64,000 bases of DNA from an uncultured Clostridia bacterium (GTDB lineage Bacteria > Bacillota > Clostridia > Christensenellales > UBA1242), in the NCBI GenBank assembly GCA_934793215.1, contig CAKVOP010000001.1, positions 138,871 to 202,870 of the forward strand, written 5' to 3'. The translations under genes and the position numbers were made by a program. The notes under the pieces were generated by a model. The model had not been told where the DNA came from. It saw only the letters and a program-made list of their open reading frames with translations, and searched no databases. How positions within the stretch are numbered: the stretch's first letter is position 1; the number at the start of each line of letters is the position of its first letter. This document shows positions 56,176-64,000 of the stretch, in pieces.

Positions 56176-58143
56176 GTGGAAACAAAAAGCAAAAGAAAGG
56201 GGTTTAAATACATATCCAAATACATACTTTTGTTTTTGTTTGTATGTGGGGGGGCTTTTATGGGAGTTGCTCTTGCTTTGTCACTCGTTGATGTCCCAAT
56301 TGGTGGGAAAATTATATTTAATGCGACAAATATTTATGCACAAGTCACTGGAACGGTCACTGGTTCTAAAAGTGAAAACACACTTGATGTGTTAAATTTC
56401 AATTATGATTCTCCAGCTTTTACAACGCCTAATTCTTGGTCTAATATGAAATTAGACTTTGAAGCTGATAAAAACATAGAACTTACGATAACAATTAAAA
56501 ATCTTAGTGACGAGCGAGAAATTTGGGTAACTTTCGTCGAGAACATTAAAGCGGGCAATGTCTCAACTGCTCGTAGCGTTGATGGGACAACTGTTAGTGC
56601 TTTTACAAATCAAGTTGTGTCTAAAAGCGGAACAAAGGTCATAAAACTCATTTGGCGAGTTGAGAATCCTGATGAGGAAGTGACAAATGGGACTTTTAAT
56701 CTTGATATTACATTGACCAACGAGCGAGTGGCAGTCGACGAATCAGTTTATGCAGAGTCAATGTCGTTCAAATCATTCAATACAAGTACAAAAACTTGTA
56801 CAGTTACGAAAGGGAACTCCACAACTGCCACGGTTCTTGACATCCCAGAAAAGATTTTGCATGGGGGAGTCGAATACACAGTTACCCAAATTGCGAACGA
56901 TGCATTTAGAGATTACACAACACTTGAAAAGGTGGTTGTCCCAAGCACAGTTAAGAGTATAGGCGCACGTGCATTTATGAATATAAAAACATTGAAGAGT
57001 GTTACCTTCAACGAGGGGCTTACAACATTTGAAACACAAGTTTTCTCTGGATGTTCGGCAATAGAAAGTATTGAAATTCCTTCGACCGTAACAACAATAG
57101 GAACATGGGTATTCTCGGGATGCTCGGGGGCTAAATCTGTAACCATTAAAGAGGGCGTACAAACGATTGGGTATGGAATGTTTAACGGTTGCTCAAATGC
57201 CGAATTTACCAATGTTACTATCCCTGCAAGCGTAAATTCTATTGGTGCGTTTGCTTTCCAAAATTGTTCATCATTAAAATCAATAAAATTTAAGAACCTT
57301 GTAAAGTGGGACGCAGTCCATAATTCAGATTCAACCAAAATTGCAAGCGATATCGATGTATCAGACGCCTCTAAAAATGTTACTTTATTGAGAGATGGTG
57401 CGAAAGGATACAAAGAGTACAACTGGACGCGCACAACACCAAGAGATACAAATTATACTGGGAAATTGACATTTACCTATGATAACGCTGCCAAAACAGC
57501 AACAGTTAAAGGGGCAGATAGTTCACAATCTTCAATTATTATTCCAAATGAAGTCATTTGCAATCAAACCTCTCTTTCGGATGGCACAGCAACTAATGGA
57601 ACAATTGGTCAAACCTATAAAGTGACGGCTATAGGTAAAGAAGCATTTAAAAATTATTGGCTAAATTACATTTACTTGCCAGATACGATAAATACTTTTG
57701 AATTTGGAGCTTTCTGGAGTAGTGCGGTTAATAGTATAGAAATTCCAAAGTCTGTGACGAGTATTCCTGATAATTGCTTTGCTTATTGTGGACAACTTAA
57801 ATCTATAACTATTCATGAGAATATCAAAAGTGTAGGCGGTTCGGCTTTCTATTCATGCACAAAACTTACAAGTGTTACCATAGTAGAAGGCGTGACAGCG
57901 TTTGGTTGGGGCGTTTTCAAAGGATGCACTGCTCTTGCTTCTATCACATTACCTTCAAGTTTAAAATGGATAAACTCATCAGCATTTGTAGATTGCAGTC
58001 TTCTAACTTCTGTAACTTTTAAGAATGCCACAGGTTGGAAAGCTGGCAGCACATCAGTTTCTTTTAGCGATTTATCAAATAGCTCAACTGCTGCTCAATA
58101 TCTCACAAGCACTTATAGTTCATCTATTTGGACTCGTTCATGA
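56176..58143 (+). CDS. BspA-type leucine-rich-repeat surface protein with N-terminal TM and a module shared with the 1889-2461 protein
   Basis: GTG start after AAGGAG. TM (ILLFLFVCGGAFMGVALALSL). Two blocks of ~23-aa LRR_5-type repeats (IPSTVTTIGTWVFSGCSGAKSVTIKEGVQTIGYGMFNGCSN...). Confidence 0.85.
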   Translation: METKSKRKGFKYISKYILLFLFVCGGAFMGVALALSLVDVPIGGKIIFNATNIYAQVTGTVTGSKSENTLDVLNFNYDSPAFTTPNSWSNMKLDFEADKNIELTITIKNLSDEREIWVTFVENIKAGNVSTARSVDGTTVSAFTNQVVSKSGTKVIKLIWRVENPDEEVTNGTFNLDITLTNERVAVDESVYAESMSFKSFNTSTKTCTVTKGNSTTATVLDIPEKILHGGVEYTVTQIANDAFRDYTTLEKVVVPSTVKSIGARAFMNIKTLKSVTFNEGLTTFETQVFSGCSAIESIEIPSTVTTIGTWVFSGCSGAKSVTIKEGVQTIGYGMFNGCSNAEFTNVTIPASVNSIGAFAFQNCSSLKSIKFKNLVKWDAVHNSDSTKIASDIDVSDASKNVTLLRDGAKGYKEYNWTRTTPRDTNYTGKLTFTYDNAAKTATVKGADSSQSSIIIPNEVICNQTSLSDGTATNGTIGQTYKVTAIGKEAFKNYWLNYIYLPDTINTFEFGAFWSSAVNSIEIPKSVTSIPDNCFAYCGQLKSITIHENIKSVGGSAFYSCTKLTSVTIVEGVTAFGWGVFKGCTALASITLPSSLKWINSSAFVDCSLLTSVTFKNATGWKAGSTSVSFSDLSNSSTAAQYLTSTYSSSIWTRS

Positions 58144-58565
58144 TTGTCAAATTGACAGAATTTGAAAGTTGGCTGAAAAGAGCTCTTTTAAGTAGCAATG
58201 TTTTGCTTTAAAATTGGGCGGGATTAAAGCTTTGCGAAAAGGCATGTTCATAAACTTTGTTTGAACTTGATAGTTTGTTTTCATATTAATTAAGGTTTAT
58301 TTGTATGGGAAAGTAAGAACAAATATTTAAAAAGAAAATTCACCAAAGATTTGGTGAATTTTCTTTTTAAACACATCAGAAAAACACAAACGAAATAGGT
58401 CTTGCTTGGGGCAAGATTTAAAAAATTTAAGATAATGAGATCGTCATATGAAAATATAGCAATATTTTAATGTTTTTTTAAATATTCGAAAGAAATATAG
58501 TATTTGATAGAATAATATTTCTTTTAATCATTAAAATTTACTAAGATTTAAATATGTGGATAGAT

Positions 58566-59189
58566 TTAAAACTCACTTTTTACAAGTTCGCGTGCTTTTT
58601 CAAGTGCACCTTTTGCAAAAATGGAACGCGAAAATGCGTGGTGAGAGAGTGAAATTACTTCATCACCGAGGAAGAATTTGAGTTCATGATATCCTTTTTC
58701 ATTTCCAACTCTATGACAAGAGATGTCATAATGTAAATCATGTTGGGTTAATATTTTTTCAAGTTCTTTCGCTGTTCCACTTGGTGCATCTTTTTTGGCT
58801 TTATGGTGAATTTCAGTCAGTACTACATCTGCCCCTTGAAGCTCTTTACAGGCAAGCTTGGCGAGGTCATACAGTAAATTAACTCCTTTGCTCGCATTTT
58901 TACACCTTAAAACTTTGACGGTTTTGGCAAGTTCTTCTAGACTTTGTTCGTCTTTTTCGGTAAGCCCAGTTGAAAAGCAAGCATAAGGAATTAGCCATTT
59001 TTTTGCATAATCGAAATATTTGCTTCTATCTGTCGCAGAAGAAAAATCTATCATAACCTCTGCATGTAAATTTCTCTTTGACAAAGGCTTGTTTTTGTCA
59101 ACCTCTGCGACAATTTTATCTCCCTTTTCAATGTTTTTTTTGATTTCTTGCCCCATTTTTCCGCAAGAACCTATCAAAATTATTCTCAT
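58566..59189 (-). CDS. dapB: 4-hydroxy-tetrahydrodipicolinate reductase (short form)
   Basis: GGAG SD before the ATG at 59189 (MRIILIGSCGKMG...). Signature EIHHKAKKDAPSGTA. Confidence 0.85.
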   Translation of the reverse strand: MRIILIGSCGKMGQEIKKNIEKGDKIVAEVDKNKPLSKRNLHAEVMIDFSSATDRSKYFDYAKKWLIPYACFSTGLTEKDEQSLEELAKTVKVLRCKNASKGVNLLYDLAKLACKELQGADVVLTEIHHKAKKDAPSGTAKELEKILTQHDLHYDISCHRVGNEKGYHELKFFLGDEVISLSHHAFSRSIFAKGALEKARELVKSEF

Positions 59190-59199
59190 AAATTTTCTC

Positions 59200-60102
59200 C
59201 TACATAAATTCAAATTCATCTTCACTTAAAATGTTTTTAAGTGGTAAGTCCATAATAGTGTAAGCACCATAAGCATTTCGTTCTTTAAGTGGTAAATAAT
59301 TTTTGGCAAAAGTTGTTAAAACTTTGGCAGTAAATTCTGGGTTTGAAGGAAGATTTAGTGAGAAGTTCATCATTGAATTCTTGGTTGTAACTTTTCCTTG
59401 ATGAGCAAAACTTTTAAGTTTCTCAAGTTCCTCTTGTTTAACAAAAAGCACCTCTGTAGGATATCCTACAAAGTAGTCAGGCATGGATTTAATTTCTTCT
59501 TCAATGCGTGGGCGATCTTCTGGGTTTGCTACTACATAACATATTCTCTTATGCATTTGGTGAGGATCAAGAGATTCTCCTCTAAACGCTTTGCGTTCAC
59601 CTTCTGCAAGGGGAACAGTGAACTGTAAACCGTCTACAACGCCTTTAATATTTTTAATTGCTTGTGTGTGGCCTTGACTCAAACCAGGGCCCCAAAAAGT
59701 GTATGGATCAAGCCCAAGTGTCGTGAATAATGCACGCATATAACTGAATAAACCCGGGTCCCAGCCAAGAGAAGAAAGTGCAATTTTGCCATGTTCCTTT
59801 GCTATTTTATCTATCTCGTTATGAAAAGGTTTAAGCCTTGCATGATTATCATAACTTTCTGCGATTGAGAAGTGGTGAAGGAGAGAAAGAGCCTGTGTTT
59901 CAAGTTCATTTTGACTTCCTCCACATAAGAAAAGAAGGTCAATTTCGCCCTCATAATCTCTCAATTTTCTGTATGGTAAAGTGTGAGGGATATCCCGTCT
60001 CGAGAATGTTTGTATTAGTTGGTAATCTGGGGATAATAAAAGTTCTTTTTCAACTGCTTTGCCCAGATTTCCGTAACCGACAACGCCTGCTTTAATTTTC
60101 AT
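59200..60102 (-). CDS. ddh: meso-Diaminopimelate D-dehydrogenase
   Basis: GGAGG SD before the ATG at 60102. N-terminus MKIKAGVVGYGNLGKAVEKEL...FSRR parallels Ddh of Corynebacterium (VAIVGYGNLGRSVEK...FSRR). 300 aa. Confidence 0.8.
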   Translation of the reverse strand: MKIKAGVVGYGNLGKAVEKELLLSPDYQLIQTFSRRDIPHTLPYRKLRDYEGEIDLLFLCGGSQNELETQALSLLHHFSIAESYDNHARLKPFHNEIDKIAKEHGKIALSSLGWDPGLFSYMRALFTTLGLDPYTFWGPGLSQGHTQAIKNIKGVVDGLQFTVPLAEGERKAFRGESLDPHQMHKRICYVVANPEDRPRIEEEIKSMPDYFVGYPTEVLFVKQEELEKLKSFAHQGKVTTKNSMMNFSLNLPSNPEFTAKVLTTFAKNYLPLKERNAYGAYTIMDLPLKNILSEDEFEFM

Positions 60103-60289
60103 AAATACCTCCATATTGTTTTTATGTATAGACGCATTTAAAAAGTGTGAAAAAGTTGTTTTAGAAAGAAAAAATCTGTTTTTTAAGTAAAGTTTAAATT
60201 TAAAGAACTGATTAAACTGATTTTTTTTATAAAAATTGTTGAAATTGAAGGCTTTTATGCTAAAATAAGTCAGTAAAAAGGATATATAA

Positions 60290-61141
60290 ATGGGAAAGGA
60301 AGAAAAAGTTCTGACAAAGGCCGAAGAGGTTGAATTAAGCATAAGAAAGAAGTTTCATAAAGAGATTTTTTCTCGCTTTACAGAGGCTTTAAACAAATAT
60401 GAATTACTCAAAGAAGGAGATAAAGTTGCCGTCTGTATTTCTGGAGGGAAAGATTCTTTTTTGCTAGCCAAACTTTTTCAAGAATTAAAAAGGCATAGAA
60501 AATTCCCTTTTGAAGTGGTTTTTTTATGCATGGATCCTGGTTATGCTCCTAAAAATAGGCAAAAAATTGAAGATAACGCAAAACTTTTAAATATACCATT
60601 AACAATTTTTGAGACAAACATATTTGAAAATGTGCATAACATAGAAAAATCGCCTTGTTACATTTGTGCAAGAATGAGAAGAGGCTATTTGTATAACGAG
60701 GCAAGAAAACTAGGGTGCAATAAAATTGCACTTGGTCACCACTATGACGATGTGATTGAAACAATACTTATGGGAATGCTTTACAGTGGTCAAATTCAAA
60801 CCATGATGCCTAAACTTCATAGTAAAAATTTCGAAGGAATGGAACTTATACGTCCATTATACTTGATTCGTGAAAAAGACATTTTGCATTGGCGTGATTA
60901 TAATGGTCTTAATTTCTTGCAGTGTGCATGTCGCTTCACAGAAGAGGTGGAGAGTGGCGAAAGCCAGCACACTTCAAAGCGTGCAGAAACAAAAGAACTA
61001 ATTAAGTTTCTAAAAGAGAAAGACGAGTTCATAGAAGGTAACATTTTTAAAAGCGTTGAAAATGTGTGCCTTGATACTATTATTGCTTATAAAGATAAAC
61101 GTGGGAAACATCATTTTTTAGACACTTACGACGAAGAATAG
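60290..61141 (+). CDS. ttcA: PP-loop ATPase, tRNA 2-thiocytidine synthase TtcA-like
   Basis: PP-loop VCISGGKDS, CYICARMRRGYLY (TtcA-type CxxC...RRG) and GHHYDD. Confidence 0.75.
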   Translation: MGKEEKVLTKAEEVELSIRKKFHKEIFSRFTEALNKYELLKEGDKVAVCISGGKDSFLLAKLFQELKRHRKFPFEVVFLCMDPGYAPKNRQKIEDNAKLLNIPLTIFETNIFENVHNIEKSPCYICARMRRGYLYNEARKLGCNKIALGHHYDDVIETILMGMLYSGQIQTMMPKLHSKNFEGMELIRPLYLIREKDILHWRDYNGLNFLQCACRFTEEVESGESQHTSKRAETKELIKFLKEKDEFIEGNIFKSVENVCLDTIIAYKDKRGKHHFLDTYDEE

Positions 61142-61190
61142 GAAAGGGGTTTGAAAGCCCCTTTTTTGGTAATAAAACATGGGGGTAAAA

Positions 61191-61919
61191 ATGTTTGGGT
61201 TAAAAGATGTTTACTGGGTTATCATAAACTCTTTTGTTTCATTTATCTATCTTTTTATAATTTCAAAACTACTAGGCAAAAAGCAAATTGCCCAGTTAGA
61301 ATTTATAGATTATGTTGTGGGAATAAGTCTTGGTTCTATTGCTGCTGACATGTCTGTGGAAACCGAGGCACCATTTTATCATGCTCTTATTGCTATGACC
61401 ATCTTTTTCTTGCTTGCTTTGGCGGTTGCTCTAATAGGCAGAAAAAACACCTTTTTTAAGCGTATTTTGAAAGGGAAACCTAGCGTGCTTATTTACGAAG
61501 GCGAAATAGACTATAAAGAACTTGTGAAATGTAAAATCGATATAAACGACCTTTTAAGTATGTTGCGTGAAAAGGGCTTTTTCGATATAACAGAAGTATC
61601 TTACGCATTGTTTGAACCAAGCGGAAAACTTTCTGTATTGCCAAAAGGCAATTTTAGGCCAGTAGTGGCAGAAGATATCAGTATGAAAATTGTTAAAAAA
61701 CCTGAATTAAAAAATGTCCTTATTGCAGATGGAAAAATATCAAAGTCTGGATTAAATGAAATTGAGAAAGACAAAGATTGGTTGTTCAAGAAATTAAATA
61801 TAAAGAATAAAAAAGAAATAAAGCAAATTTTGCTTGCTACTTTTGACGACGAAAATGGTTTCATAGTTTATCACAAAAACAAAAATGAATTTAGAACGAA
61901 AGACAAATCTCGTCAATAA
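61191..61919 (+). CDS. DUF421 (YetF-like) membrane protein
   Basis: N-terminal TM pair, then the ...LKGKPSVLIYEGEIDYKELVKCKIDINDLLSMLREKG... pattern typical of YetF/DUF421. ATG at 61191 follows GGGGG. Confidence 0.7.
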   Translation: MFGLKDVYWVIINSFVSFIYLFIISKLLGKKQIAQLEFIDYVVGISLGSIAADMSVETEAPFYHALIAMTIFFLLALAVALIGRKNTFFKRILKGKPSVLIYEGEIDYKELVKCKIDINDLLSMLREKGFFDITEVSYALFEPSGKLSVLPKGNFRPVVAEDISMKIVKKPELKNVLIADGKISKSGLNEIEKDKDWLFKKLNIKNKKEIKQILLATFDDENGFIVYHKNKNEFRTKDKSRQ

Positions 61920-61959
61920 AGTTGATTTATTGGCGTGGAGATGCTAAAATGAAAACGTT

Positions 61960-63249
61960 ATGAAGATATGCGTGATGACATTAGGGTGCAAAGTTAACAA
62001 ATATGAAAGTGATGCACTTATGTATAATTTAAAACTTAAAGGCTATGAGGTAACGGACGCATTAGAGCGAGCCGATGTTTATGTTATCAACACATGTGCT
62101 GTGACAGGTGAGGCAGAGAAAAAATCTCGCCAAATGATTGCAAGGTGTAAAAAATTTAACAAAAACGCGAAGATATTTATATGCGGTTGTGCAAGTGAGC
62201 ACAACAAAGAGCAATTTATAGAAAAAAATGTTGATCTTGTTTTAGGTACAGCAGGTAAAATAAAAATTAGTGAATATATAGACAAACTTGCATCTGGTGA
62301 TAAAAAAATCACACGCACAAGAAAAAAACTAGCGTCTCTCCCCAAAGAGTATGAAGATGATTTGACCGCAATGCAGTCGCGTACGCGTGCATACATAAAA
62401 ATTCAAGATGGGTGTGACAACTTTTGCTCATACTGTATTATTCCATATTTAAGGGGGCGTTCTAGATCAAGAGGAATATTTTCAATTCTTACCGAGGCAA
62501 GTGCTCTTAATGATTCTATCAAAGAAATTGTGTTGACGGGTATCAATGTTACTGACTACAAGATAGATGGTGAGAAGGGACTATTGACCCTACTGCGAGA
62601 GCTTGACAAACTTGGCAAAAGAATAAGGCTTTCGTCAATGGAAGACACCCTTGTAGATGAAAAATTTTTAAAGGGGCTTGCGGAACTTGAAAACTTTTGT
62701 CCACATTTTCACCTTTCTCTTCAAAGTGGAAGCAACACAGTTTTAAAGCGAATGAATAGACATTATACAGCAGAAGAATTTGCATCTTCGGTGGAACTTA
62801 TTCGCAAATATTTCCCTCTTGCGGGCATCACCACTGATGTGATTGTTGGCTTTGCAGGTGAGAGTGAAAAAGAATTCGATGAGACATATGAATTTTGCAA
62901 AAAAGTGGGTTTTTCTCAACTCCATATTTTCCCATATTCAGTTAGAGAAGGAACTATTGCAAGTAAACTATATAAAGACCTAAATGGTAAGATTAAAGAC
63001 GAACGTTGTGATAAACTCAATTCTCTAAATAAGTCGCTTAAAGAAAGGTTTATTAAGAAAAATAAATTTGAAGAAGTGTTATTTGAGGAGATTGATGACG
63101 GCTTTTATACTGGGTATACACGAAACTATATAAGATGTTATGTTCAGTCAAAAGAGGATTTAACTGATAAAATAGCATATGTAAAAATCAAAAGACCTTT
63201 TAAAGATGGTGCAAAAGCCAAACTTATTAAAAAGAAGATTTTGCGTTAA
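61960..63249 (+). CDS. mtaB: tRNA t6A37 methylthiotransferase MtaB (radical SAM, MiaB family)
   Basis: N-terminal UPF0004 domain TLGCKVNKYES, radical SAM CDNFCSYC and a C-terminal TRAM-like region. 429 aa. Confidence 0.85.
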   Translation: MKICVMTLGCKVNKYESDALMYNLKLKGYEVTDALERADVYVINTCAVTGEAEKKSRQMIARCKKFNKNAKIFICGCASEHNKEQFIEKNVDLVLGTAGKIKISEYIDKLASGDKKITRTRKKLASLPKEYEDDLTAMQSRTRAYIKIQDGCDNFCSYCIIPYLRGRSRSRGIFSILTEASALNDSIKEIVLTGINVTDYKIDGEKGLLTLLRELDKLGKRIRLSSMEDTLVDEKFLKGLAELENFCPHFHLSLQSGSNTVLKRMNRHYTAEEFASSVELIRKYFPLAGITTDVIVGFAGESEKEFDETYEFCKKVGFSQLHIFPYSVREGTIASKLYKDLNGKIKDERCDKLNSLNKSLKERFIKKNKFEEVLFEEIDDGFYTGYTRNYIRCYVQSKEDLTDKIAYVKIKRPFKDGAKAKLIKKKILR

Positions 63250-63363
63250 TTTTGTGGCTAAAATAGTCAAAAAGTCATTTAATTTTTTGGGTTTTTGCTT
63301 GACAAAGCCTTTTTAAGATGATATATTTAATAGGACTATTGAATTAGAAGGTGGTGAGAAGAT

Positions 63364-63546
63364 TTGACAACTGTTAAAGTAGGCGAAAATGAAACTCTTG
63401 AAAGCGCTCTTAAAAGATTTAAGAGAAAATGCCAAAAAGACGGTATCATTGGCGATATAAGAAGAAAAGAAGCCTATGATAAGCCAAGCGTTGCTAAAAA
63501 GAAGAAAAGAGAAGCCGCTCGTAAGAGAGCAAGAAAGAGAGGCTAA
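63364..63546 (+). CDS. rpsU: 30S ribosomal protein S21
   Basis: (TTG start) [27 protein letters not shown]...RKRARKR is canonical S21. Confidence 0.93.
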   Translation: MTTVKVGENETLESALKRFKRKCQKDGIIGDIRRKEAYDKPSVAKKKKREAARKRARKRG

Positions 63547-63593
63547 AATCTCACACCTGTGCATTTGCACAAATATATAAAAGGAGAAAGACG

Positions 63594-63944
63594 ATGAGTA
63601 ATATTATTGACCAAATCGAGAAAGAAAACATGAAAGAAACTCTCCCTGAATTCAATATTGGCGACACTGTTAAAGTTGGCGTTCAAATTAAGGAAGGAGA
63701 TAAGTCAAGAATCCAAAACTTTGAAGGCGTAGTTATCGCAAGAAAAAATGGCGGAGTTAGAGAAACTTTCACTGTTAGAAAAATCTCAAATGGCGTTGGC
63801 GTTGAAAGAACTTTCCCTCTTCACTCTCCACTTATAACAAGTGTAGAAGTTGTAAGAAAAGGTAAGCCAAGAAGAGCAAAACTTTACTATGTAAGAGAAC
63901 TTACAGGTAAGGCTGCTAAAATCAAGTCAGCAGACAACAAATAA
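63594..63944 (+). CDS. rplS: 50S ribosomal protein L19
   Basis: ...[60 protein letters not shown] is canonical L19. Confidence 0.96.
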   Translation: MSNIIDQIEKENMKETLPEFNIGDTVKVGVQIKEGDKSRIQNFEGVVIARKNGGVRETFTVRKISNGVGVERTFPLHSPLITSVEVVRKGKPRRAKLYYVRELTGKAAKIKSADNK

Positions 63945-63954
63945 CATAAAGAGA

Positions 63955-63980
63955 AGAGGGCAAATAAGCCCTCTTTTTTA
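63955..63980 (+). terminator. Rho-independent terminator after rplS
   Basis: AGAGGGC-AAATAA-GCCCTCT followed by TTTTTT. Confidence 0.85.
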
Positions 63981-64000
63981 TTTTGTTTTTTTATAAAATT

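Noticed and set aside
56773-57434. 129-aa and 173-aa ORFs antisense to the LRR protein gene
   Set aside because: These are antisense frames of a repeat-rich gene with no independent signals.

Overview
Low-GC Firmicutes-type chromosomal segment. The Prp/L27 pair, yqfC-yqfD sporulation genes and a BclA-like collagen protein suggest a spore-forming Clostridia/Erysipelotrichia-like lineage, but the taxon cannot be fixed from sequence alone.

Core blocks:
- Partial surface protein (2-1624).
- rplU-prp-rpmA (2.9-3.8 kb) and ogg.
- floA-yqfB-like-yqfC-yqfD-ybeY-era (4.9-9.4 kb), in the same order as B. subtilis yqfA..era.
- Divergent murB/murC (9.6-11.9 kb).
- Spore-surface-like cluster: DUF11 protein, small Cys-rich protein, collagen-like protein (18.5-20.8 kb).
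- SPFH plus zinc-ribbon membrane triad (22.1-24.6 kb).
- RNB-family RNase, phosphoketolase and two flavoproteins (27.2-34.6 kb).
- BspA-type LRR surface protein, dapB-ddh, ttcA-like, DUF421, mtaB, rpsU, rplS (56.2-64 kb).

Accessory content:
1. A decaying tRNA-Thr(GGU) locus (12.1-16.9 kb) with two orphan tRNA 5' halves, a 3' half, a diverged duplication of the flank and at least two pseudogenes.
2. A convergent, overlapping membrane-protein/KwaB-like (DUF4868-like) pair (35.6-37.1 kb).
3. An ~18.2 kb integrative element (37527-55695) inserted into the anticodon loop of a chromosomal tRNA-Arg(CCU).
   - It splits that gene into halves while carrying its own complete tRNA-Arg(CCU).
   - Cargo: an MspI-like type II R-M system with two methyltransferases, an ASCH protein, a Hachiman (hamA/hamB) cassette, a primase-helicase replication module with candidate ori repeats, an Xis-like HTH protein and a tyrosine integrase.
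   - It also carries three uncharacterised cargo genes between int and the tRNA, including a 708-aa protein with a PD-(D/E)xK-like motif and a SEC-C motif.

The most unexplained signal is an ORF-free, GC-enriched ~580-nt transcription unit with its own promoter and terminator (26473-27056, minus strand). It looks like a large structured ncRNA. No CRISPR array, reverse transcriptase or transposase was seen. All family assignments come from motif and sequence recognition without database searches.
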